A DNA stretch of 64,000 nucleotides from Mobula birostris (Eukaryota): positions 16,355,180-16,419,179 of the forward strand of contig NC_092389.1 of assembly GCF_030028105.1 (NCBI RefSeq), read 5' to 3'. Within the stretch, counting starts at the first letter, position 1, and each line of letters begins with the position of its first letter. Below, one piece after another: positions 13,001 through 24,180 of the stretch. The notes below the pieces were generated by a model that saw only the letters and a list, made by a program, of their open reading frames with translations, was not told where the DNA came from and searched no databases. Position numbers and translations under genes: made by a program.

Positions 13001-16000
13001 CCTTTTCAGAGGCAACAGGAATCATTGGCAGTGAACGCAGGGAAGGCTGGATGAGCTGCTGCGTTCATAGCTGCAATTTCTTTCAGTCTTGGGCAGAAAA
13101 AAAGTCACCAAACCAAACTGATGGATTCAGATAAGATGCTTTTTAAGGTACATCTATAAAAATTGGCAATAGTCACGAATCACATGTCAAATTATCTTAA
13201 TCTTCCGAGGAAGTAAGGCACTATTGTGTTTTCTGGGTTGTTGAATGAGGACAAATCTTTGGTAGTGATCATAGCCAGGACTTAAAGTGGTTACCCATCT
13301 CCACCACAGTCCCGCTGATACAGACAAGGATGTTCTGTCATCAAGACAGAACCCTTGCTCTCATCTCTACCATCTATTACCCATCACTTCAATTCCTCAA
13401 GGCACTATGCCATCCTCATCTCTACTTTTAAAACTATTCTATAAATGAAGGTTTATTCCAAGAAACTCAGGCTGAAAACATACTTTTGCCATAAACACCC
13501 ATTTCTCTTACCGTGACCTGTCTTTGAAGATTATCAGGTGTAGAAAATGATCTCTGAACCAATTGTGGAGTTGCAAATACCTGAGATCCTCTATCTGTTG
13601 ATCGATCCAACCTGTTAAAAGTTAGAATGGGAGGAATAGAGAAAGGGAAAATATGAATACGGAATAGAAAGTAGCAGGCATCTCAAAACTGTTGAAGTCA
13701 AACCAGACCAATACAATGATTGGTGAACTGAATTCCACAACCACATTCAAATAGTTCCTTCTCTGCCAAGTACAACTAGTTTCTGTTTTGAACCAAAAGA
13801 ATTCCTTGCATCTCCTGAACAAATACAAAGCAAAAGGTCTTAGACAAGTAAATGATCAAGTCAGAAACAGAGCCCATTTTACATTGAAAATGAACAGTCC
13901 AAAATAAAGTATTTCTTGACAAGACCATACATGAATGGTGGAGGATGAAACTTTTTGTATTTGAGTTCTATGACCAAATCACTAATATAAAATTTAGAAT
14001 CAGTTTCTAACTCCTAACTGAACCCCACTCCAAGTCCAATGCAGGGAACAGACTTGTCCTGTACACTAACTACAGTTTTGTAATTTGGACAAATTAAAAA
14101 ATCATTGACAAAAACTTCTGGAACTTATTTTGAATTTTAGACCTGAAACCATGACGGTTCAATAATCTCATTTCTGACAACATTTAAGCCACAGAACCAA
14201 CATACTGAAATTGGCTGGTCTTGCAACTTTAAAAAAAGTTTTTACCTATTGTTATTGAACTGGTTTGTCTGGTAGGGACTGAAAGCAGTTGAAGTCTGAG
14301 ACAGGCTTCCTTCCCGAGATTCATGAGAACTACCTATGAAGGGAACAAAGGTTTGTTTACAAATTTCCATTTCAAGTATAAACAATGCAAATTTAACATT
14401 CCTGCTTTACACATTTAAAACTACCACAATCTGTTTTCCTGTGCAGAAAGAGCACATGTTCATTTCTATTTTTAAAAAATCAATGCACTTTCCATAAATA
14501 GAAGTAACATCTTCACTTCAGCTTAAAAAAAAATCAAAAATCACAGAAAACTGTATGTCTGGTCTACTGTTGCTCCAGCAGCAGCAGCAGCAACTGGAAG
14601 GTCAAGCTCTGGTCAGTATCCTGGCAAAAACTATGTCATGAAGTCAAAAGAACACTCCAAGCAACTCCATGAAAAGATTATTGAAAAGTACAAGGAGATG
14701 GATACAAGAAAATGTACAAGTCACTGAATATCCCTTGGAGTACAGTTAAGACAATCAAGAAATGGAAAAAATATGGCACAGATGTAAATCTGCCGAGAGC
14801 AGGCAGTCCTCCAAAACAGAGTGACAGTGCAAGAAGGGGAGGGACTATTGCAAGAGGCCACCAAGAGACCATTGACAACTCTGGAGGAGTTACAAGCTTC
14901 AATGGCTGAGATGGAAGAGACTGCTGTCCAAGTGCATTCCCAGTCGCAGCTTTATGGGAGAATGGCAAAGAGAAAGCCACTGTTGAAAAAACAACTCACA
15001 TGGAATCTCAGCTAGAGTTTGCCAGAAGGCATGTGGGAGACACTGAAGTCAGCTGGAAGGCTCTAGGGTCTGATGAAACCAAAATTGAGCTTTTGGCCAT
15101 CAGACTAAATAGTATGTTTGGCGCAAGCCGAACACCTGTACATCATCAGATGCTTCACTGCAGCAGGCCCTGGAAGGCTTGAGAATGGAGAGGGTGAAAT
15201 GAATGCAGCAAAAATACAGGAAAATCCTGGAGGAAAACCTGATGCAGTCTGCAAGCGAACTGCTACTTGGGAGAAGATTTGTTTTCCAGCAAGACAATGA
15301 CCCCAAGCATAAAGCCAAAGCTACATAGGAATGGCTTAAAAACAACAAAGTTAATGTCCTGAAGTGGCCAAGTCAGAGTCCAGATCTCAATCCAATTGAG
15401 AATTTGTGGCTGGACTTGAAAAGGACTGTTCACTCACGATCCCCATGGAATGGGGACAGTGAGGACAATATGAGTGAGGTTGATGTTCTGGAGCATGTTG
15501 ATATTAAGGGAGAGGAGGTGCTGGAGTTGTTAAAATACATTAGGACGGATAAGTCCCCGGGGCCTGACAGAATATTCCCCAGGCTGCTCCACGAGGCGAG
15601 GGAAGAGATTGCTGAGCCTCTGGCTAGGATCTTTATGTCCTCGTTGTCCATGGGAATGGTACCGGAGGACTGGAGGGAGGCAAATGTTGTCCCCTTGTTC
15701 AAAAAAGATAGTAGGGATATTCTGGGTAATTATAGACCAGTGAGCCTTACGTCAGTGGTGGGAAAGCTTTTGGAAAAGATGCTTAGAGATAGGATCTATG
15801 GTTATTTAGAGAATCATGGTCTGATCAGGGACAGTCAGCATGGCTTTCTGAAGGGCAGATCGTGTCTAACAAGCCTGATAAAGTTCTTTGAGGAGGTGAC
15901 CAGGCATACAGATGAGGGTAGTGCAGTGGATGTGATCTATATGGATTTTAGTAAGGCATTTGACAAGAGTCCAAACGGTAGGCTTATTCAGAAAGTCAGA

Positions 16001-18145
16001 AGGCATGGGATCCAGGGAAGTTTGGCCAGGTGGATTCAGAATTGGCTTGCCTGCAGAAGGCAGAGGGTCGTGGTGGAGGGAGTACATTCGAATTGGAGGG
16101 TTGCGAGTAGTGGCGTCCCACAAGGATCAGTTCTGGGATCTCTACTTTTCGAAATTTTTATTAACGACCTGGATGTGGGGGTAGAAGGGTGGGTTGGCAA
16201 GTTTGCAGACGACACAAAGGTTGGTGGTGTTGTAGATAGTGTAGAGGATTGTCGAAGATTGCAGAGAGACATTGATAGGATGCAGAAGTGGGCTGAGAAG
16301 TGGCAGATGGAGTTCAACCCAGAGAAGTGCGAGGTGGTACACTTTGGAAGGACAAACTCCAAGGCAGAGTACAAAGCAAATGGCAGGATACTTGGTAGTG
16401 TGGAGGAGCAGAGGGATACATGTCCACAGATCCCTGAAAGTTGCCTCACAGGTAGATAGGGTAGCTAAGAAAGCTTATGGGGTGTTAGCTTTCATAAGTC
16501 GAGGGATAGAGTTTAAGAGTCACGGGGTAATGATTTTACCCATTTATATTCTAATTAACCAGCACTCTACAAGATGGTGCAAAGAGGGGCACCAGTGACT
16601 TGCTTTGAAAATCTTTTGTATTGCAACTTGAAGTGACACAAGCACTCTATATTTAAAAATACTATTATCATACAAGTATATCTCTGTTTCACCTTTAAAA
16701 CCAGGCCAGTTGACAGTAATAAGATTAAAAGGTAGTTTGCAAAATACTTCTTGATAACATTATGTAGATGATGCCACAGCACAAAAGGGAGTGCATGAAG
16801 TAAATTACCTTTCCTGCTTTGAACAACTAGAATCTTAGAAAGATCAAGCTCCAGATTTAAATGTGAAAATATGGGGAAATCTGAGGTGTACTCTGCTTAC
16901 ATTCCCCCTTCCTCCTGGAGGCATCCCTCCATCAGTAGCTGCATGCAATGGATCATCATGATCTACATTGCAGTTTCCACAATGCTTCAACACAGTTGAA
17001 TACAACATTCAATGAACAGCCTCTCAACATTAGAGACTTGCAGCCTTCCAGGCTCAGATAATTTTTCCCCTGAATCACAAAGAATTCAACATTTATTCCC
17101 AGTTACACTTCTAGATCCTCATTTCCTGCCCCTTTTCAATCATTCAAAAAATTACCAATCTCGGGCATTACTGTTACCTTTCCAAACAATCTCTTTGTCC
17201 AATTCCATTTGATTTTGTGTGCCTACTTAAAACCTGTAATTTTGCTAATTAAGTTCCAAAACTTTAAAAATGCACTTTTACCTCTCGCAGCACTGTTGAC
17301 CACTTTAACTGTTTACTGAGCATATCCAGCGCCAAGCAAATACTTTGATTCATTTATTAAGTTGACGTTTACCTGATCTGAACTGGATTTTGATAGCCCT
17401 GCCAAATAGCGGGATTCCATTCAGCAAATCCTTTCCGTAATGGACTGACTCCTCGTGTTTAAAATGCACGAATGCGAACTGCTTTGACTTCCCGTCCTTA
17501 TCTTTGGGGATTTTTACTGTCACAAGCGGACCGGCCTGGGAAAGAGAAACTAAGTTGAGTAGTACATTCTCAACATGATCGTTCAAAAAACGCCTGCGGG
17601 GGCGGAACTGCACTTCAACAGAAGCGGACGGATTAAAATGGGGTTTGAAATAAACCGCGTGGCTGAAATCTGTGCAAATACAGTTACAGAGAATAAAGTC
17701 TGCCTTAGAACTCTTGTAGTGTGAATAAACCAAAACCCGCTAGCAGGGCAATAACTCTACCAGGATGCTGATTATATGGGAACTTTTACGAGAGTTTCGT
17801 TACAATTTAAACTAAGCACCAGGCAAGTCGGCCGCAGCACAAGGTAAAGGTAGATACTTTGAATAGTGTAGTTAAGACAGGGGTGAGGAAAAAATTACAC
17901 CTCAAGATGCAGTCAGTCAGACCGTCTCTAGGTATCAGAGCCCCGAGAGAACAGACGACGCGGCCGAATGACCCAAGCGCGCGCCCGAGAAGCTACAGGC
18001 CTCGACAGGCCGCCACTACCCCCGACAATCCTCCCTCACCTCACTCACTCACCTGGAGGAACAGTTCGAACAGAAGCTCCTCCGTTACTTTCGCGTCCAA
18101 GTTCCCAATGAACAGCGTCCTGTTAGCATCATCCGATACACCCAT
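7027..18145 (-). CDS. RBM7: RNA-binding protein 7 (RRM subunit of NEXT complex); coding exons 18053-18145, 17373-17535, 14246-14333, 13512-13611, 7027-7464; 293 aa
   Basis: Spliced translation [31 protein letters not shown]|[54 protein letters not shown]|GSSHESRE...|...[16 protein letters not shown]|VSNMWRE...GHYSRD...HYRGNRE...RRRSNW*. All introns are GT-AG, phases are consistent, total 882 nt. RRM plus QRSFS.P.N.QRQ motif fits vertebrate RBM7 rather than RBM11. Confidence 0.95.
8026..9247 (+). mobile_element. Internally deleted Tigger/pogo DNA transposon
   Basis: 21-bp TIRs CACCCTATCCCCGTTATATGC / GCATATAACGAGGATAGGGTG (1 mismatch) flanked by TA. ORF 8265-8588 joins an HTH start (MPPKRP...[16 protein letters not shown]) to DDE-like [13 protein letters not shown]...[13 protein letters not shown]. 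Confidence 0.9.
9571..9606 (-). ncRNA. Hammerhead ribozyme motif copy, sense to RBM7 intron 4
   Basis: Reverse complement AGTC-CTGAGGA-AGGGTCTCGGCCT-GAAAC-ATC-GACT; helix III palindrome broken (ACAT). Confidence 0.55.
10997..11032 (-). ncRNA. Hammerhead ribozyme motif copy, sense to RBM7 intron 4
   Basis: Reverse complement AGTT-CTGACGA-AGGGTCTCGGCCT-GAAAC-GTT-GACT; core intact, G-U pairs in helices. Confidence 0.65.
11260..12195 (+). mobile_element. Rex1/Babar-like LINE 3' end containing a tRNA-derived SINE (minus, ~11928-12151)
   Basis: [14 protein letters not shown]...[13 protein letters not shown] motif; inner element flanked by TGACTTA duplication with a tRNA-like head on the reverse strand. 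Confidence 0.75.
12360..13335 (-). mobile_element. Old Rex/Babar-like LINE fragments
   Basis: [12 protein letters not shown] motif (ORF 12706-12945) and a tail similar to other copies. Confidence 0.55.
14545..15445 (+). mobile_element. Tc1-like transposase remnant
   Basis: [51 protein letters not shown] motifs, frameshifted. Confidence 0.9.
15446..16531 (+). mobile_element. Young CR1 RT internal fragment
   Basis: About 330 uninterrupted codons: [13 protein letters not shown]...[12 protein letters not shown]...QHGF...YMDFSKAFD...GVPQGSVLG...KFADDTK...[10 protein letters not shown]. Confidence 0.92.
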
Positions 18146-18270
18146 GGCTCCTACAATCCAACGTCCGTCCAGTAACTAAACTCCGTCCGATTAAGGCGCC
18201 TCTTTCAAAACGGCTCCTTACCCCTTCCGCCCCGCTGATGTCGTCACCCACGCACACTTCCGCCCCATTA
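18146..18270 (-). promoter_or_regulatory. RBM7 CpG-rich promoter/5'UTR
   Basis: CpG-rich relative to flanks; GC boxes CCGCCC at 18227-18232 and 18260-18265; ETS-type ACTTCCG at 18256-18262, directly upstream of the ATG at 18145. Confidence 0.7.
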
Positions 18271-18309
18271 ACCTCGATTTCAGACCACAAACTTTGTACC
18301 TTTTAAACA

Positions 18310-18760
18310 TGAGCAACAGACTCACGAAATGCTGGGGTAACGCAACTGGCCAGGCAGCATCGGCGAAGGATCTCGGCCCGAAACGTCGACTGTTTACTCT
18401 TTCCCATAGATGCTGCCTGGCAGGGAGTTACCCCAGCACTTTGTGTGTGTTAATTGGATTTCCAGCATCTGTAGAATTTCTCTTAACACACGTAAAAGTT
18501 ACTGGAGAACGCAGCAGGCCAGGCAGCATCTCTAGGAAGAGGTACAGTCGACATTTCAAATCTCCCACTTTCAAATCTCTTACTAGCTCTTCTTTCAGTT
18601 AGTCCTGAGGAAGGGTCTTGGTCCGAAACGTCCACTGTACCTCTTCCTAGAGATGCTGCCTGGCCTGCTGCGTCCACCAGCAACTTTTATGTGTGTTGCT
18701 TGAAATTCCAGCATCTGCAGATTTCCTCGTGTTTGTGTTGTAGAATTTCTCTTGTTTGTG
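18310..18760. mobile_element. Two nested Penelope-derived hairpin elements
   Basis: Inner element 18485-18738 is flanked by a 15-bp TSD TGTAGAATTTCTCTT (18470-18484, 18739-18753); both elements carry inverted copies of the terminus. Confidence 0.75.
18601..18636 (+). ncRNA. Hammerhead ribozyme motif copy upstream of RBM7 promoter
   Basis: AGTC-CTGAGGA-AGGGTCTTGGTCC-GAAAC-GTC-CACT; core intact, helix I mismatch. Confidence 0.55.
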
Positions 18761-19059
18761 ACTTTTTAAAATATAGTTATAAAGGATCTACATCACAAAA
18801 TTTTGATGGTACCTTTAACAATATTTAGAAACTGATATGGAATAGAAGTATTGTATTTTATATAATATACATAAATATAAACTAACTGTTTAAAATGCTT
18901 TGAAAAAGAACAGAAAATGTTGGAACTATACATGCAAATTAGACTATCTGTAGAGAGAAAAACAGTCAGTATTTCAGGAGACTAGCACTTCAAACCATGC
19001 ATCTCTCCACATGAAACTGCTCGATTTTGATTCCAACATTTTCTGATATTTTAGTTCAA

Positions 19060-19770
19060 ATTATCAAAGTATATATGTGAAATTCATTTTCCTGTAGGCA
19101 TTTACAGAAAAAATAAAATATAAAATAATTTACTAACAACTATACACAAACAAAGACTGATAACCAATGTGCAAAAGAGGACAAACTGCAAATAAAATAA
19201 ACAATACTCAGAGTCCAGGAGGTCATCGAATCAATGCAGAGTTGTGGTGAGTAGTTATCCACACCAGTTCAGGAGCCTGATGGTTGTAGGGTAATAACTG
19301 TTCCTAAAGCTGGTAATGTGGGACCCAAGACTTGTCTGATGGTAGCAGCAAGCCTGCATAGTAGTGATCTTTGATGATGGATGCTGCTTTCTCATGCAGC
19401 ACTCCACAAAAATGTGCTCAATGGTGGGGAGGACTTTTCCTGTGATGGACTGGGCTATATCCACAACTTCCTGTAGTCTTTCTGTTCCTGGGTATTGGTG
19501 TTTTCCTGCAACCAGTTAGGATATTCTCCACTGTGTATCTATAGAAGTTAGTCAAAGTTTTTGGTGACAGCCAAATCTATGCAAACTTCAAAGAAAATAA
19601 AGGCACTGTTGTCCCTTCTTTGTGAAAACCCTTATATCCTGGTCCCAGGACAGGTCATCTGATATGCTAACACCAAAGGATTTAAAGCTTCTGACCCTCT
19701 CCAACCTATGATATCCTAATGAGATTTGCTCATGGACCTCTGGCTTCTCCCTCCTGTAGCCGATAATCAG
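19060..19770 (-). mobile_element. Rex/Babar-like LINE 3' fragment
   Basis: SFRNSYYPTTIRLLN motif (ORF 19255-19464). Confidence 0.75.
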
Positions 19771-20279
19771 CTCGTCCTGATGAAGGGATTCGGCCCAAAA
19801 AGTTGCCTGCCTGGCCTGCCGAGTTCCTCCAGCATTTTGCGTGTTAATCAGCTCTTTGATTTTGGTTTTGATTAGTATAGATACCTAACATCCACAAAAT
19901 TATGCATTTGCATTTATTGAAAACTATTCCATTAAATATAATTGTACATTTAAAAAATAACCACCAGTACTCACAGATAAAAGGCAGAGGATAATGGTTG
20001 ATGGGTGTTTCTGCAATTGGAAGTCTGTGTATCAGAGTCATGTTTGCTAGAGACACAAGATATTGTAGGTGGAGGAATTTGGAGCAAAAGAAAAACTGCT
20101 GGAGGGAATAGGCAGATCAAACAGCATCTAAGGGAGCAAAGGTTTCAGGTTAAGACCCTTCATCAGGACAGAGTGTAGAGGGCAATAGTCAGTATAAAGA
20201 AGGAGGGATCAGAGAACGAGACCACCACAAAAACTTTGGCCTTGTTAAAGGAAGGCTTTTGGTTCTTTGATACTGTTAA

Positions 20280-23225
20280 CAGAATACGTTGGGTCCAGGT
20301 TAGACCCCCAGAGATATTGACATCTAGGAACCTGAAATTTCTCACTCTTTCCACTTCTGATCCCTCCAAGGACTGGCGTGTGTGTGTTCCCTTCTCTTGC
20401 CCTTTCTGAAGTCCACAATCAGTTCTTTTGTCTTACTGATGTTGAGTGCAAGGTTGTTGCTATGACATCATTTAATTAGCTAGTAGATCTCACTCCTGTA
20501 TGCCCTCTTATCACCATCTGAGATTCTACCAACAATAGTTGCATCATAAGGAAAGTTATAGATGGCATTTGTGAAATACCTAGCCACACTGTCATGGATG
20601 TAGAGAGAGTAGAGCAGTGGGCCAAGCACACACTCCTAAGGTGCGCCAGTGTTGATCATCAGCAAGGTGGAGATGGTGTTTGTGATCTGCACAAAATATG
20701 TATATTGAATAGATTTTAAAATGTGCAAAAAACAGAAATACTGCATATTTTAAAAAATGAGGTAGTGTCCAAGGGGTCAATGTCCATTTAAGAATCGGAT
20801 GGCAGAGGGGAAGAAGCTGTTCCTGAATCACTGAGTGTGTGCCTTCAGGCTTCTGTACCTCCTACCTGATGGTAACAGTGAGAAAAGGGCATGCCCTGGG
20901 TGCTAGAGGTTCTTAATAATGGACACTGTGTTTCTGAGACACTGCTCCTTGAAGATGTCCTGGGTACTTTGTAGGCTAGTACCCAAGATGGAGCTGACTA
21001 AATTTACAATCATCTACAGCTTCTTTCGGTCCTGTGCAGTAGCCCCTCCATACCAGACAGTGATGCAGCCTGACAGGATGCTCTCCATGGTACATATATA
21101 GAAGGTTTTGAGTGTATTTATTGACATACCAAATACTTCAAACTCCTAATGAAGTATAATTGCTATCTTGCTTTCTTTATAAGTGCATTGATATGTTGAG
21201 AACAGGTTAGATCCTCAGATCTTGACACCCAGGAACTTGAAACTGCTCACTCTCTGCACTTCTGATCCCTCTATGAGGATTGGTATGTGTTCCTTCGTCT
21301 TACCCTTCCTGAAGTCCACAATCAGCTCTTTCGTCTTACTGACGTCGTGCCAGGTTGTTGCTGCGACACCTCTCCACTAGTTGGCATATCTCGCTCCTGT
21401 ATGCCCTCTCGTCACCACCTGAGATTCTACCAACAATGGCTGTATCGTCAGCAAATTTTTAGATGGTATTTGAGCTGTACCTAGCCACACAGTCATGGGT
21501 ATACAGGTTTCCCCCACCATCCGAAGGTAGAGCATTCCTATGAAACGGTTCGTAAGCCGGAATGTCATAAAGTGAAGAAGCAATTACCATTTATTTATAT
21601 GGGAAAATTTTGTGAGCATTCACAGACCCAAAAATAACCTACCAAATCATGCCAAATAACACATAAAACCTAAAATAACAGTAACATATAGTAAAAGCAG
21701 GAATGTTATGATAAATACACAGCCTATATAAAGTAGAAATACTTTTCCATAATCATTGCCTGAACTGTTCTCCGTAGCGAAAATCTCACGCAAGCGCTCT
21801 CCACAGAAACACGGCGCAAGCACTCGCCAGTAACCTTTAAGCTATGAAGCTGCCAAATCATACCAAATAACACGTAAAAATACACAGCCGATATAAAGTA
21901 GAAATAATGTATGTACAGTGTATATCACTTACCGTAATTGGGACAGCGCCGAGCACACTAATGGTGTGTTAGGCTGAGTCGTTGGAGTTTGGGTGGTGCA
22001 GTGGCCCCACCCTCCAGGCCGCCGACCAATACCGATCCGCGAAGCATGCAGCGGTAGCCGGGAGGCACACAGCACATCTTTAAGAAAAAAGCCGAAATAA
22101 ACATGCTAATTAATTAGGTGCCACCCAGCGTGTAATTGTCAGCCCAGATCAGTGCCGATTGCATCGCCTCTGATCTGGGCTGACAATTACGTGCTGGGCG
22201 GCACCTAATTGTCTAGTTTTATGCTAAGTGTAACACCCTTACAAGCTCTTTCAGGCTTTTCCAATACCATAGAACTCATCTTACTAACGGCTGCTCACAG
22301 GCTCGTGTTTAAGCAATGCCGGCAAGAATGCAGTTCCAAATCCGGGGGAGAGCGACTACTCAGGGCGCGCGCTGGTTTTTTCGTAACAGTGAAAACACCT
22401 TCTGTTAGCGAAAACAGAGAACTAATGTAGGCCTTTCGTAACGGTGAGGTTTCGTAAAGCGAACACTCGAAAAGCGGGGGACACCTGTAGAAAGAGTAGA
22501 GCAGTGGGCTAAGCACACACCCCTGAGGTGCGCCAGTGTTGATCGTCAGTGAGAAGGAGATATTATCACCAATCCACACAGATTGTGGTCATTCGGTTAG
22601 GAAGTCGAGGATCCAATTGCAGAGGGAGGTACAGAGGCCCAGGTTCTGCAACTTCTCAATCAGGATTGTGGGAATGATGGTATTAAATGCTGAGCTGTAG
22701 TCAATGAACAGCATCCTGACATAGGTGTTTGGTGTTGTCCAGGTGGTCTAAAGCCGTGTGGAGAGCCATTGAGATTGCATCTGCCATTGACCTATTGTGG
22801 CAATAGGCAAATTGCAATGGGTTCAGGTCCTTGCTGAGGCAGGAGTTCAGTCTAGTCATGGCCAACCTCTCAAAGCATTTCATCACTGTCGATGTGAGTG
22901 CTACCAGTCATTAAGGCAGCTCACATTGTTCTTCTTAGGCACTGGTAAAATTGTTGCCTTTTTTGAAGCAAGTGGGAACTTCCGCCCGTAGCAGTGATAG
23001 GTTGAAAATGTCCTTGAATACTCCTGCCATTTGGTTGGCACAGGTTTTCAGAGCCTTACCAAGTACTCCATTAGGACCATCCGCCTTGCGAGGGTCCACT
23101 CTCAGTCTCTTTAAAGATAGCCTAACATCAGCCTCTGAGACAGCGATCATAGGGTCATCGGGTGCAGCAGGGATCTTCACAGCTGTAGTTATCTTCAAAG
23201 CAGGCATAGAAGACATTGAGGGCAC
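20280..23225 (-). mobile_element. Stacked Rex/Babar-like LINE fragments (RT region)
   Basis: TGAPQGCVLSPLLYS, MKCFERL...LNPLQFAY...[22 protein letters not shown]...[20 protein letters not shown] motifs. Confidence 0.88.
21504..22487. mobile_element. Non-autonomous Tc1/mariner-superfamily (Tigger-like) element inserted in the Rex LINE
   Basis: TIRs CAGGTTTCCCCC / GGGGGACACCTG with TA duplication; the host LINE rejoins as GGGTATA|GAAAGAGTAGAGCAGTGGG, matching the copy at ~20592. Confidence 0.82.
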
Positions 23226-23829
23226 TGATTTTTTTTTAGCTGATCGAACAGCCAGCATCCATGTATAAAAGACAAGTCATGTTTACTGAACCAAAGAAGC
23301 TTTTATTTTAAAATTTAGAAAAAGAGAACTGTAAATAGTAGATAGAGGAACATCTACTTGTATGGACTTCCAGTCAATAGAGCTCATCTTAAAGACACAA
23401 TTAGCGAAAACTGAAGCTCATGGAATTGAAGCCAAACTAATGATGCCTGGATATTGACTGAGCTGAAGACCTAAATAAGGGATAACATGCAAGTACTCTA
23501 ATTGACAGGCTATTACTGGCGACATCCCATAGCAACCTGTATTGTGCTCTCAAATATCTTTTATTGTTTATGAACAACTTTGTGTGGCAAGATAACATTA
23601 AGATAAAACAATTTTTAAAAATTATCCACATTCAAGTTTGCTGATACAAAGATAAGCAACACATGGAATATAAATATTAAAAATAATCCTTTTATAAATA
23701 AATTGGAACAGAAAATGGCATAGTGTTTCTTAGATCAAGGAAGCCAGAATACAATATTGGAGCTATACATAATCCATGATATCATAATCTCATGTCCTGC
23801 TGCCCCTATGTATTGACCTTCAGCATCCA

Positions 23830-24180
23830 GTTTATTATCACTGTCTTCTATGATGTGAAATTTGTTGTTTTGCTGCAGCTGTAAATCGCAAAATCAAAAC
23901 TACTATAAATTACAAAATAAATCGTGCAAAAAAAACTGTCATGTTCCCGCACCATTCTGAAATCTGATGGCGAAGTGGAAGAAACTGTTTCTGAATTGTT
24001 GAGAGAGGGTCTTCAGGCTCCTGTACCTCTTCCCCAATGGTAGTAATGAGAAGAGGGCATGTCCTGGATGCTGAGGGTCTTTATAGTGAAACCCTGTACC
24101 TTCTTAAGGTACTGCCTCTTGAAGATGTCCTCAATGGTGGTGAGGGTTGTGGTTGTGATGAATCTTCTAGATCTACAGCG
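23830..24180 (-). mobile_element. Rex/Babar-like 3' fragment
   Basis: Similar to 20790-21010. Confidence 0.6.

Noticed and set aside
14576-14592. (CAG)n as a polyglutamine exon
   Set aside because: Short, lies in Tc1-associated sequence, and has no splice or ORF context.
15404-16459. 351-aa ORF as a host gene or functional transposase-RT fusion
   Set aside because: It starts at TTG, has only ~14 Tc1 residues, lacks the endonuclease and C-terminus, and ends in a frameshift; it is transposon debris.
17350-17733. 127-aa ORF as a standalone RRM gene
   Set aside because: It is RBM7 exon 2 plus intronic read-through.
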